Shown: positions 1-14,165 of the stretch, piece by piece | Numbering within the stretch: position 1 is the first letter of the stretch | How the letters are laid out: the number at the start of each line of letters is the position of its first letter | Source: Octopus sinensis | Taxonomy: Eukaryota | DNA: 64,000 bases | Direction of reading: 5' to 3' | Assembly: GCF_006345805.1 (NCBI RefSeq) | Contig: NC_043018.1 | Location: 18,972,001 to 19,036,000 of the forward strand | Notes under the pieces: model-generated | The model's input: only the letters and a program-made list of their open reading frames with translations | Databases searched by the model: none | What the model was told of the DNA's origin: nothing | Position numbers and translations under genes: made by a program

Positions 1-156
1 TTATAATTAACTCCTCTCGTTCACTACATCCTTTTATATCCCTCAAACAACTTTTCTCCTTTTTTTTTTTTTTTTTACTTCAAAAATTTTATGTTCGTTT
101 GAAGAAAGGCTTAGAATGAATGAATGATTAGACGTATTTGCTAGAATATGCTACAA

Positions 157-557
157 AGGAGTGGCTGTGTGGTAAGTAGCTTGCTAACCAACCACATGGT
201 TCCGGGTTCAGTCCTACTGCGTGGCATCTTGGACAAGTGTCTTCTGCTATAGCCCCGGGCCGACCAATGCCTTGTGAGTGGATTTGGTAGACAGAAACTG
301 AAAGAAGCCTGTCGTATATATGTATATATATATATATATATATATGTTTGTGTGTCTGTGTTTGTCTCCCTAGCATTGCTTGACAACCGATGCTGGTGTG
401 TTTATGTCCCCGTCACTTAGCGGTTCGGCAAAAGAGACCAATAGAATAAGTGCTGGGCTTACAAAGATTAAGTCCCGGGGTCGATTTGCTCGACTAAAGG
501 TGGTGCTCCAGCATGGCCGCAGTCAAATGACTGAAACAAGTAAAAGAGTAAAGAGTA
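157..557 (+). mobile_element. tRNA-derived SINE family A (~400 bp, AAAAGAGT tail). Other copies: 2097-2512(-), 15386-15784(+), 16113-16293(-), 25317-25683(-), 25783-26152(+), 29341-29728(+), 33464-33878(-), 36787-37213(-), 40468-40890(+), 41658-42071(-), 55719-56152(-), and partials near 42305, 56508, 57235
   Basis: A-box/B-box-like head (tggctgtgtgg, ggttcagtccc), central microsatellite, many near-identical copies. Confidence 0.9.
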
Positions 558-595
558 AATTAATCCAAAGACCCAGTCTTTGGGTAATGTTGTAG

Positions 596-766
<171 letters not shown>

Positions 767-1540
767 TAAGTTGTTGGGGTTTATTTTATCTTTTACTGTG
801 ATGGTAGTGATGATGATGATGATGATGATTATCATGATGGTTGGTTTTGGATGTGTGACGATGATAACTTAAATGTTTCATATTTGTTAAACAATTAATA
901 AACATTTACAGTTAGAATGAAGAAATTGAGAAAAGCCCCTACAAAATAAAGTGGCACAGCTAAGGACCTACCCTGAACTGAACCGGGTTCCAGTTGATTT
1001 GATCAGTGGAACAGCCTGCTCGTAAAATTACCATACAAGTGGCTGAGTACTTCACAAACACATGCATACCCATTTCTTTGCTACCCCCAAGGGGCTAAAC
1101 ACCGAGGGGACAAACAAGGACAGACAAACGGATTAAGTCGATTATATCGACCCCTGTGCCTAACTGGTACTTATTTAATCGACCCCAAAAGGATGAAAGG
1201 CAAAGTCGACCTCGGCAGAATTTGAACTCAGAACGTAGCGGCAGACGAAATACTGCTAAGCACTTCGCCCGGCATGCTAACGTTTCTGCCAGCTTGCTGC
1301 CTTAACGTAGTTCTCAGAGGAATTCAGGTGTGACTAGGCTGGCCTTTTGGAATACAGGTACAACTCTTTTTGGAGCAATGTGAAATAAAGTGTCTTGCTC
1401 AAGGACAGTGTGCACTGCCAGGAATCAAACAGTCATGAGTCAACCACCTTAACCATTTCACCACCTCTGTTTACTGGATTTCCAGAGTGAGAGTCCTCCA
1501 TAGATTTGTCCTTTCCATAAATAAATTTCGGACAATATAT

Positions 1541-1767
1541 ATTACTTTACTACCCACAAGGGGCTAAACACAGAGGCGACAAACAAGGACAGACAAAGGG
1601 ATTTAGTCGATTACATCAACCCCAGTGCGTAAATGGTACTTAATTTATCGACCCCGAAAGGATGAAAGGCAAAGTCGACCTCGGCGGAATTTGAACTCAG
1701 AACATAACGACAGACGAAATACGACTACGCATTTCGCCCGGCGTGCTAACGTTTCTGCCAGCTCGCC
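1541..1767 (-). mobile_element. tRNA-derived SINE family B (~225 bp) with a 14-bp TSD. Other copies: 1072-1303(-), 5643-5870(+), 14233-14457(+), 22775-23000(+), 24109-24429(+), 32660-32865(-), 53146-53373(-)
   Basis: TSD tttcggacaatata at 1526-1539 and 1768-1781; B-box gagttcaaattcc; conserved gcctttcatcctttcggggtcgat core. Confidence 0.9.
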
Positions 1768-2307
1768 TTTCGGACAATATAGCCTAACAGAAATCATTTC
1801 TCTCCCATTCCAGTCCAGAGAATTAGATTTAATATTACAAATTAATAAAACACTTGATTATGGGTAGTTCCACAAATTTCGGAATACTGACCGTAAAATA
1901 GTCCTGGTCAGTTGGAATATAATTTTAAGTCGTCCTGGGATGGCATCTGCTTCACTAAATTACTTCAGGGTTAAATTCTCTCACTACACATTATATGACA
2001 CAACTGACCAAATGGTAGTACTCTTTGGCCAGTCAGTCAGTGTCCCTTATAAATTTAGTCAAACACACAACACACTTAGTATTGCCAATGAAGTATCTCT
2101 TTTACTCTTTTACTTGTTTCAGTCATTTGACTGCGGCCATGCTGGAGCACCGCCTTTAATCGAGCAACTCGACCCCGGGACTTATTCTTTTTGTAAGCCC
2201 AGTACTTATTCTATCGGTCTCTTTTGCCAAACCGCTAAGTGACGGGGACATAAACACACCAGCATCAGTTGTCAAGCAATGCTAGGGGGACAAACACAGA
2301 CACACAA

Positions 2308-2352
<45 letters not shown>

Positions 2353-3008
2353 TACAACAGGCTTCTTCAGTTTCCATCTACCAAATCCACTCACAAGGCA
2401 TTGGTCGGCCCAGGGCTATAGCAGAAGACATTTGCCCAAGATGCCACGCAGTGGGACTGAACCCGAAACCATGTGGTTGGTAGACAAGCTACTTACCACA
2501 CAGCCAATCCTGATTTTTTTCCTACTTTATTATATCTGCTCCATAGATGGTGCAGGTATGGCTTTGTGGTAAGACATTCACTTTCCAACCTCATGGTTCT
2601 GAGTTCAGTTCTAATGCATGGCATCTTGGGCAAAAGTCTTTTACTGCAGCTCCTGGTCAACCAGTCTTGTGAGTGGATTTGGTTGGTGGAAACTGAAAGA
2701 AGCCCATTGTATGTGTGTGTGTGCATGCATATTACTGTCTCTGTGTTTCGTCATCACCTGACAGTCGTAGACAGGTGTCACCATCATGAAGGTGGTGTCC
2801 TTTGTTTCCTGTCTTCCATGGAAAACATGTCTGGTTGTGGGGGAAAATATTCCTTTGCTTGAAGACAGATGAGGGTTGGCAGCAGGAAGGGCATCTGACC
2901 TTAGAAAACTCATCTCAACAAATTCCATCCAACCCATGCAAGCATGCAAAATGGACATTAAATGGTAGTGGTGCTGATTATGATGATGATGATGATATTC
3001 CTTACTGA

Positions 3009-3440
<432 letters not shown>

Positions 3441-4471
3441 TAGATGTACGCAACATGGTGCGTGTGCCATGTTAGAAAGCACTGGTGATGGTGCCACATA
3501 AAAAGCACCCAATACACTTTGTGGGTTGACTGGTGTTTGGAAGGGTATCCAGCTGTAGGAACAAAGCCCAGAACAAACTATGAAGCCTGGTATGGCCCCT
3601 GGCATTGTCAGCATGGAAAGCATGTTAAATGATGATGATGATGATACAAAAGGCTTCTTTCAGTTTCCATCTACCATGTCCACTCACAAGTCTTTACTTG
3701 ACCTGAGACTACAAAAGAAAACACTTGCCCAAAGTGCTGTGCAGTGGGACCGAACCCAGAACCATGTGGTTGGGAAGCAGGCTTCTTACCACAGCTATGC
3801 CTTCACCTGATATTATGTTTATATACAATATAAGAAGACAACAGGGGGCGTAATATGGTGAATGCGCGAAAGCGAGAGATGCCTGTTGATGCGGACAAGT
3901 AATGAGATGGTAGACTGTTTGTAGATGAAACTGACTCTGCTGCTTCAAGTACGAAGAATATTGAGGGAGGGGATTGTGATTCCAAAGAAGCTGCAGGGCA
4001 ACTTTGTCATCATCTTCAAGACAACAATACGAAATGATAACAAAGCTTTCGTTCGGCGATTTTTTTTTATCTTTGTTCCGTGTGCATTTGTAGGAATGGA
4101 CAAGTTGTGTTCATGTTGCCATTTATATGCAAATTAGTGAGTTGTGCATTTGGGCTGCATCAATAACAGTTTGATTTCAGCTGCGCAAAGTTTGCAGTCA
4201 GCCAGCACGGCACCACTGACTGACCATCAATTGCTGATAGCTTTTTTTTTCTTGTTTTAACTGGTATTCCATGATTCAGCCAACCCAGCTATAACTACCC
4301 CCACCCTCACCTTAAGTAAGACAATGCAATCAATAAAATCGATCATGTACCTCCCCCTGCCCATTCCCTTTCTCCATCACATATCAAAGAAAACCATTCC
4401 TCTGGGAAAAATCAATTTCCTTGTTTTGCTATTCTTTTTCTTTATTCTTTTTTTTTTCCTCCCTATTTCAG

Positions 4472-4593
4472 TGTATGTATTTCAACAGAAGGATTCTAAG
4501 TATGCTTACAAAACAGAAATCCGGTCCTGCCTCGAACACTCCTCCCGTCCCACCAGTACACTTTGGGTCAATATGATGGCCAGAGGAGGAACT
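4472..4593 (+). CDS. POLR2B: RPB2 exon 3 ([13 protein letters not shown]...MMARGGT)
   Basis: Polypyrimidine tract + AG at 4470-4471, GTGAGT at 4594; RPB2 similarity. Confidence 0.96.
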
Positions 4594-6418
4594 GTGAGTT
4601 AACTTGGTTCTTGTTTTTGCTCTCTTTATCCCCAAGCTTCAAACATTAACTCGACCAACACACACACACACAAACATGTATATTTGTGCATGTTGAAGAG
4701 GCATTTTACATTACTTACAAAAATCTAGCAATGCCGTTCGTACACTCTTTGTTCAACAGACAGTGTGTCGTTGTGGAGTTCTTTTTTATGCTCGAAATGA
4801 TGTTTACAAATGTCCATCTGTGAATGCTATTTCATAGAATAAATGATACTCGGTTTTTTTATATTACACAAATGTTTCTACATGTATGCATGTGGCTATA
4901 TACATGTCTAGTTTCCACATACATGCCAGTATGGAAGGCAAGTATTAAAGGATGATGATGTGTATGCATATGTCTAGTATCCACATGTGTGTGTATGTAT
5001 GTAAAAAGCACCATCCATCCGTGGCCATTTGCCAGCCTCATCTGGCACCTGTGCAGGTGGCACGTAAAAAGCACCCACTACACTCTCTGAGTGGTTGGCG
5101 TTAGGAAGGACATCCAGCTGTAGAAACATTGCCAGATCAGACTGGGCCTGGCGCAGCCTTCTGGCTTCCCAGACCCCAGTTGAATCGTCCAATCCATGCT
5201 AGCATGGAAAGCGGACGCTAAACAAAGATGATGATGATGATGATGAAATGTTTCTACATATATGCATGTGGCTATATATATGCCAGTTTGGAAGGCATGT
5301 GTTAAAGGATGATGATGATGTGTGTGTGTGTATGTATACCTAGTTTATGTACATGTGAGTGTGTTTGTATTTACATCCTGAGCTTTAACTGAAACAAAGT
5401 ACTGAGTCACAACTGATGTTGTTTATTGACAATTGTCTGTTAATAAATCATCTGCTCCCTGTATCCTTCAAGACAAGTTTAATGAAAAGTCCCTGACTTG
5501 GAAAATGGGTAAAGTGTGACAGGAAGGGCATGAGACTGTGCAAACAGTGCTTCAGTAATATGTATTTCCCTAACCCATGCTGGCATAGAAAAAAAAAAAC
5601 CTATTAAAAAAAATGACTGAACAAGCAATATAGACACACTTAGGGCAGCGAGCTGGCAGAATCATTAGCACACTGGGCGAAATGCTTAGCGGTATTTCGT
5701 CTGTCTTTACATTCTGAGTTCAAATTCCACTGAGGTCGACTTTGCCTTTCATCCTTTCTGGGTCGATTAAATAAGTACCAGTTACACACTAGGGTTGATG
5801 TAATCGGCTTCATCCCTTTGTCCTTGTTTGTCCCCTCTATGTTTAGACCCCCCCTGTGAGCAATAGAGAAATATATATATATATATAGAAACACTTGATA
5901 ATTTGTTATGGGTGAAACTATGTAAAGTGAAGAGCGAACAACAGTTGAAGATATACTTTTGTCTTTCAGTTTTTGGGAGTTAGGATCTTTCATGAGGAAT
6001 CAGAGAGAAATGGAAGATGGAATAAAGTTATTGTTCCTCAGATATGTGCGAGAGTGGGGTCACATCCCCAGACATGTCATGCTTCTGCCAGTCTGCTTTG
6101 TGCAGTTCTTGTGTGTTAGGAATTTAATTCGCTCTTAAGTTAATTTTGTATTATCTTTATACTTTTTTTTTTCTTTTTCTTTTTAACTTTTGATCTATGA
6201 AATGGTGGAATTATTTGAATTTGGTATTTCTCTACAGTCCTTGATGCTCTGAGATCAAACCTCATTGAGGTTGACTCCATCATTCCTGCTTCCAGAATCG
6301 AGAAAGAGCATGTAGCAGTCAAGTTATGTGTTGTCTGAAATGACACGTCCCTCCCCTAATATATGTGGTATTGAGCCGATGTTGGAAATCACTGAATTAT
6401 TCTTTTGTTTTTTTGTAG

Positions 6419-6628
<210 letters not shown>

Positions 6629-7559
6629 TAGCGGAATTGTTAACCCACCAGGCAAAATGCATTGCGGTATTTTGTCTGCCATTACATTTTGAGTTCAAAT
6701 TCCACCGACATCAAAGATAGCGCAGGTCAACCCCCGACACCAAGAGCATCGACGGATGGATGAATGCACATCCAGGCTCAGCGGTTGCATTGGAAGTCGG
6801 GGACAAAAAACAGGAAGAAAGAGTGAAAGAAAGTTGGAGCGAAAGAGTACAACAGGGGTCACCACCACCCCCTGCTAGAGCCTCATGGAGCTTTATGTGT
6901 TTTCGCTCAATAAGCACACACAACGCCCGGTCTGGGAATCGAAACTGCGATCCTCCAACCACGAGTCCGCTGCCCTAACCACTGGGCCATTGCGCCTCCA
7001 CTGCTGTTGCTGTTGGTCGTTGTTGGCAGGATCAGTAGATTGCGAGAGAAAATATCTTATAACATTTAGTTATCTCCCTTTGTTTTATGTCTTGTATTAT
7101 TTCCCTTAGCTCATTGTAAAAAAAAAAAAAAAAAAATTGTTTTTAAATAGTTAAGGAAATTATACAAACCCCTTCTGGTTCAAAACCTTCGTAACTCTTT
7201 TTTTTTTTTCATGCTGATTTGATCAGACAGACCTGAGCTTGATTTTACTTCAAAGATCTGATTTCCTTTTAGACATGTGAATTAACTTTGTGAAACTGCT
7301 AAATTCTTAAGATTATCTTTTGACAGTATTTAATTAATACTCTCTGCTACATCCTTCTCCCACTAAGTAGGTAATCTAATTTATTTCAGAATTTTTGCTG
7401 ACATCATTGGATACTCAATCTTTCACTTATCTTAATTATTGCCATTGTTTGAGTCATTTTCTTTGAGCTATTTTTCTTTTTTGATTATTATTGATTTTAT
7501 AAAATATATAGGATTGTATTTTTCATCAATATTTTTTTTATCCCCTTTTCTTTATGTAG

Positions 7560-7757
<198 letters not shown>

Positions 7758-8215
7758 TAAGTAACCCTCTTTAACCCTTTAGCTTTCAGCTGTAGAAACC
7801 ACACCAAAGCAGTCCTTAAAGCTTGGTGCAGTTCTCTGGCTTCCAACTCCTGCCAGCATGGAAAATGGGCCTTGAATGGTGATGTGATAATTAATGCTTC
7901 TTGAAATTGTTTTGAATTAATTAATTCAAAACAATTAAAACAAAAAAAGAATCGCTCATACTGTATGAAAAACGAAACTCCTAAGAGTGCAAGGAGATCT
8001 TAAATATATAAAAATAATAATAAAATATATATAAATTATAGAAATAATAAAAAATATATAAATTATAAAAACAGTAAAAAAAAGTATATACAAATTATAA
8101 AAATAATGAAAAATATATACAGTACAGTACTGTTTCTACTTCAGGGATTTTCACCTATTGCGGCAGGTTTTGGAACATAACACCTACAGTAGTCAAAGAA
8201 TTACTGTATATATAA

Positions 8216-8362
<147 letters not shown>

Positions 8363-8594
8363 TAAGTGTTACTATAATCATTTATTGCTGGACACTGATG
8401 AGGTGGGTGGGGGTGAAAGATTGCATGTTTCTATAACTGTTGTGTAATTATTGCAGTACTTTGCTGAAACATGTGTATGTTCTATAAAGCACTGAATACC
8501 ATACCTCTTTTCTGCTTAATTATTATTTATATATATATATACTTAGAAACCTCTATCCTTTGGTTTCTAACTATGAATCCTTACATTCATTTGA

Positions 8595-8837
<243 letters not shown>

Positions 8838-9117
8838 TAGTGTGAGCAGGTAGGTAGTGGCCATGCTGGGGCACTGCCTTGAAGAAATTTAATCACGTTG
8901 ATCCCAGTACTTAATTTTAAGAGATCTCTATTTGTCACGCTGCTAAGTTATATAGCTGGCATGGGTTGGACGGTTTGGCAGGAGCTGGCAGGGCCAGGAG
9001 CCACACGAGGTTCCATTGTCTGTTTTGGTGTGGTTTCTACAGCTGGAATGCCTTCCCCTGTGCCAACCACTTTCCAGTGTAGTGGGTGCTTTTTAGGTGG
9101 CTCCAGCACCAGTGCTT

Positions 9118-9336
9118 AAAAGATTGGATTTAGCAGGACCACTATTGGCATTCTTGTTCAGAGGGTAAGTGTTACTATAATCATTTATTGCTGGACACTG
9201 ATGAGGTGGGTGAGGGTGAAAGATTGCATAATGTTTCTATAACTGTTGTGTAATTATTGCAGTGCTTTGCTGAAACATGCGTATGTTCTATAAAGCACTG
9301 AATACCATACCTCTTTTCTGCTTAATTGTTATTTAT
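9118..9336 (+). repeat. Local duplicate of 8315-8530 (last 47 nt of RPB2 exon 6, its donor and intron start), flanked by ~100-bp direct repeats (9021-9120, 9398-9498)
   Basis: Direct comparison shows near identity, including AGAGG|GTAAGT. Confidence 0.95.
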
Positions 9337-9364
9337 GTATGTATATATGTGTATATATATATAC

Positions 9365-9400
<36 letters not shown>

Positions 9401-9554
9401 TTTGGTATGGTTTCTACAGCTGGAATGCCCTCCCCTGTGCCAACCACTTTCCAGTGTAGTGGGTGCTATTTAGATGGCTCCAGCACCAGTACTTAAAAAC
9501 TGAGAATATTCTGCTCTTATGCTTACCTAACCTATTTAATCTATGGATTTGTGA

Positions 9555-9893
<339 letters not shown>

Positions 9894-10003
9894 TAAATAA
9901 AATAGTGGGTGTGTGATTTGAAGGAATTTTGCCTGCTCTTTCGAGCCGATTCCCTTATTTGACATGTTGCATATTGATTTTGCACTTTACACAGTATCCG
10001 TGC

Positions 10004-10120
10004 CAAATAGCAAGGCCATGTAGGGGGACATGGAGTTAGGTACAGGGTGGTGTTCCTAACTCCATGTCCCCCTACATGGCCTTGCTATTTGCTTTTGAGC
10101 CAAATTAACTAACTAACTAA
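10004..10120. repeat. Fold-back copy of the same CR1 3' UTR: perfect 37-bp inverted repeat with a 14-nt loop, then an (ACTA)n tail
   Basis: Arms 10004-10040 and 10055-10091; sequence matches 13948-13998. Confidence 0.85.
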
Positions 10121-11141
10121 ACCCCTAATTCATTAAGGGTCCCAAACTCAGCAATGTGCAAATATTTAAATTGTTTTGAAGTGCCTAGTTTACATTCTCC
10201 CATGGATGTTTCGTGGAGAGTGATGAATATATATATTTCTGGCTGTGTTTCCATAGTGAAATATAAAGTAACCAACTGTAGCCCTGACTCACTCACCACT
10301 CCTTTGAAAGGGGCCTTTTTGTGTTGTGCAAATCAACCTCAACAACTTCATTAATGGATCAGAAATTACAGATGCAAGAAGTAATATTAAATGACTCGAG
10401 CGGGGAATTACAACCGTGTTTCGTGGTCTGCTACCACAACAGCTCCTTTATAGGATCCGGTTAGCTCAAGACATCATCAGGAGGAACCACGTCCGGTTTC
10501 GGCCCCTCCTCCTCTCCCGTTTTTACGTGGCGGGGCCCTCCCTTTCAGAGGTGTCTTCAGCTCTGGTGTTGGGTGCATGTCTTCTTTCTTCTGTTCCCTG
10601 GCCTCTTCGATGTATCGTCAGCCAGTGACTGACTGTCTTGTCAAATTTTTTCCTTTAAATACCGCATAGGCTCCAGCAGGCAGCCCCAGAATTAAGAACT
10701 TTCCACCACTGTACAAGGTTCCAACTTTAGAGACAAAACTTCAAGCGTCTCTATGAAATGGAACGTTATGGGACTCACTCCATCATTAGTTGACAGACTT
10801 GTGAAATAATTACGGAATGACTAACAAAAGTCTCTTGAGTTTTTAATGAAAGATCAATAACAGTTTTTTTCTTATCTTTTACTTCAGGTTGGGTTATTTT
10901 CTTAACTTGTGTCCTTCATAGTATTTAATATGAACCAATATTTTTTCTACACGTTCATAGATTTAGTGTAGGTTTTATTGAATTTCCATTACTGTTTCGA
11001 AAATTTTTTAATTGTTTTATTCCCACCTCTATGAGAATAGATCAGGTTTATTAATTTGAAACTGGTGAGATACATATAATGTTATAACAATTAAGATAAT
11101 CCCTTATTAATTAAATTTCTTGTACTTTTTTTTTTATTTAG

Positions 11142-11399
<258 letters not shown>

Positions 11400-12284
11400 T
11401 AGTCATTAACATATTGTAGGTGAATTAGTAACTCATTAGTAATTTTATGAAATTTAGAAATTTGATGTGCTTAACAATCTTTTTATCTTCTTCATTCCTA
11501 CATTCCCATGATGTCAAATGTTGCAGTGGGCACAGATGGACTGTCTACATCACCATTTCTTCCAACTGAGATCTACTCACTTTCTTTGGTGGTATCCAAA
11601 GACTTTTGATGTGTTGTTTGTGTCTGCTTGTACTTCTAATGCATCTCCTGTTCTTTAATATATGTTGCTGAACAGAAGTGTTCAGTATCGACCATTGGAT
11701 GTGCAACATTTTACTGAGGATGAGGGAGATAAGAATTTGGTTAGGCATTATGCAGGAGAGGCAGGTGCTTGAACAAGTGAACTGCTGTGTACTGGCAGCA
11801 AAAGATATCTGGGAGAGAGAAAGACATAAGAAGAGGGCTCTGGGGGGGTTTTGTGTGTCACCCCCCAACCTCTCCCAGCGGGATGATTCAAAATCAAGTG
11901 GTGTAAGAATTTGCTTTTATACCAGTGTATTCAATCTACACTAAAATGGAAAAGTGGATGATATTGGCAGTTGTGAGGATAATGATTGCATGGGACAGAT
12001 TCCACTCCTGTGTCCTTCCTTAGTCTTAAAGCATGAGTTATAAAGAAAACTCTTGGAGACCTTTGATGTCATGAGAATTACCGTCTTGGTACCATTTGGT
12101 ACCAGTCAGCCTGATCTCAGGAAATAATCGTATCTTGTCTGATCTCTTGCCGGTATTAATCACCATTGATCTGTATTATATATTATATTGATACATGACC
12201 ATTATTGATTTTCTGTATGATTATGTTATGTTCTAATATTTCGTTACATTTTATAATTAATGTCTAATTACCATTTCTTTGTAG

Positions 12285-12396
12285 TGCAACTAAAATCTTT
12301 GTAAATGGATGCTGGGTTGGCATCCATCGAGATCCTGAGCAGTTGATGAACACACTAAGAAAATTGAGAAGAGAAATGGATATCATTGTATCTGAG
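12285..12396 (+). CDS. POLR2B: RPB2 exon 10 ([18 protein letters not shown]...IIVSE)
   Basis: AG ending 12284, GTCAGT at 12397; [10 protein letters not shown] motif. Confidence 0.96.
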
Positions 12397-12513
12397 GTCA
12401 GTTTTCTCTGTTCTTTCTTAATTTATGTTCCAAATATTAGCTAAAAATCTTCCTTATTTTCAGACTTAATTGAAATAACAGTATTTCAATGGAAATCTGA
12501 TATCAAATGGGTT

Positions 12514-12991
12514 TTAACCCTTTCGTTACTGTATTGCTGTTGAGATGCTCTGTGTTTCTTTAAATTAATTTTAAATATAACAAAGAATTTAGTAAACTAA
12601 CTTGGTTATCATTAAGCTGGTGTTAGGAACATAAATTGTGACTAAAGTTTGGTGGAAGATTTTAATTCAAAACTTATGAAAACAAGACATTTGTACTCAG
12701 AGCCAGAAGCAGTTTTAGCCAGGTTGGTATCAAAAGGGTTAAGAATTTTCTCTATTATATATTTTAACCCTTTTGTTACTGTATTTATTTTGAGATGCTC
12801 TGTATTTCTTTCAATTGATTTTAAATATAACAAAGAATTTAGTAAAATAACTTCATTATCATTAAGCTGGTGTTAGGAACATAAATTGTGACTAAGGTTT
12901 GGTGGAAGATTTTAATTCAAAACTTATGAAAATAAGACATTTGTACTAGAGCCAGAGCTGGTTTCAGGCATGTTGGTAATGAAAGGGTTAA
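12514..12991. mobile_element. Tandem pair of TTAA-flanked piggyBac-like MITEs (12514-12742, 12764-12991)
   Basis: TTAACCCTTT...AAAGGGTTAA termini on each ~228-bp unit. Confidence 0.75.
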
Positions 12992-13101
12992 TTATAAATC
13001 TGTAGAGTTAAGGAATTATTAATTATTTCCCTACAGCACATTCTTCCGCTGTGTACATTTATCCTTTATTTGTCATCAATATTATGTTTCTTCTATTTCA
13101 G

Positions 13102-13256
13102 GTATCAATGATTCGAGATATTAGAGACAGAGAGATTCGAATATATACTGACGCTGGACGTATATGTCGGCCGTTACTTATTGTGGAGAATCAGAAGTTG
13201 TTGCTTAAACAGAGTCACATCAAACAACTGAAACAAAGAGAATACAACAATTACAG
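13102..13256 (+). CDS. POLR2B: RPB2 exon 11 ([25 protein letters not shown]...YNNY)
   Basis: AG ending 13101, GTGAGT at 13257. Confidence 0.97.
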
Positions 13257-13327
13257 GTGAGTAGTTTGAGCACTCAGTAGAGGTGTATCGCTTGATGTAC
13301 CTGTAACTGTTGTTGTAGAGTAGATGG

Positions 13328-13601
13328 GAAACTACCGCCTGTGTCATCTCTTGTGAAAGGTAGGAGAGTCCAGTTTGCTGGACATTGTTGTAGAGCTGAA
13401 AAAGCGGTAATTTCTACTCTTCTCCTCTGGACGCCATCTACTCGCAATACCAGAGGGCACACACTCTCCTACCCTGATGTAATCTCCAGGGATACAGGCT
13501 TCCAGCAACAGGACCTCCGTAATGCCATGATGGACCGTGAAGTCTGGCGTAGCATGGTAAGTTCCATTGTCTCGACTACGGTCGAACAATGATGATGATG
13601 A
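13328..13601 (+). mobile_element. 5'-truncated RTE-clade LINE 3' end with (GAT)n tail and a 20-bp TSD
   Basis: GRRVQFAGHCCR...LLLWTP...MMDREVWR; TSD tgttgttgtagagtagatgg at 13308-13327 and 13602-13621. Confidence 0.9.
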
Positions 13602-13909
13602 TGTTGTTGTAGAGTAGATGGACCCGTCCATGTGGTTCTCTCAGTTGCATGTGTCTTTTCTTCATTGTGAGATTTTCTATCCTGAAATTTAGCACTAATT
13701 TATTTTCTCTGAGATTAGATTTCGTAATAATTAGACTGTCTCTGTTTTAATGAATTTTTAGGATAATTCAGATTTTGGAGGATGGAATTAGTAAAGTATC
13801 TGACTTGATATATTACGTTGATGTTGACCAACTGATGTCTTGGAATGAGATTTTGATCAACATTTTAATTTAACTGTAAAAACTATACTTTGGGTAGTAT
13901 TGTAAGGGG

Positions 13910-14165
13910 TTAGTTAGTTAGTTAGTTAGTTAATTTGGCTCAAAAGCAAATAGCAAGGCCATGTAGGGGGACATGGAGTTAAGTACAGGGTGGTGTTCAT
14001 GTAAAGAGTTCGGGCCACTTGAGGTCAAGGGAGGCTTTGAACAAAGCGGTCGTCGGCATCTTCACCATCTCGTCTGGCAGCTTGTTCCACGGATCCGCAA
14101 CCCGGACGGAGAAAGCTCCTTTCCTTCGATTGAGATGAAATCGTCGCAGGTAGAGCTTTTCTTTC
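13910..14165 (-). mobile_element. CR1-clade LINE 3' fragment with (ACTA)n tail
   Basis: LNRRKGAFSVRVADPWNKLP...FKASLD is the CR1/L2 ORF2 C-terminal motif. Confidence 0.8.

Noticed and set aside
157-240. tRNA-like A/B boxes at SINE heads (here and in families B and D)
   Set aside because: No full cloverleaf; they are SINE promoters rather than tRNA genes.
10400-10570. Two CTGANGA...GAAAC pairs on the - strand of a GC-rich intronic island
   Set aside because: Stems I and II do not close as a hammerhead requires; probably an unidentified repeat remnant.
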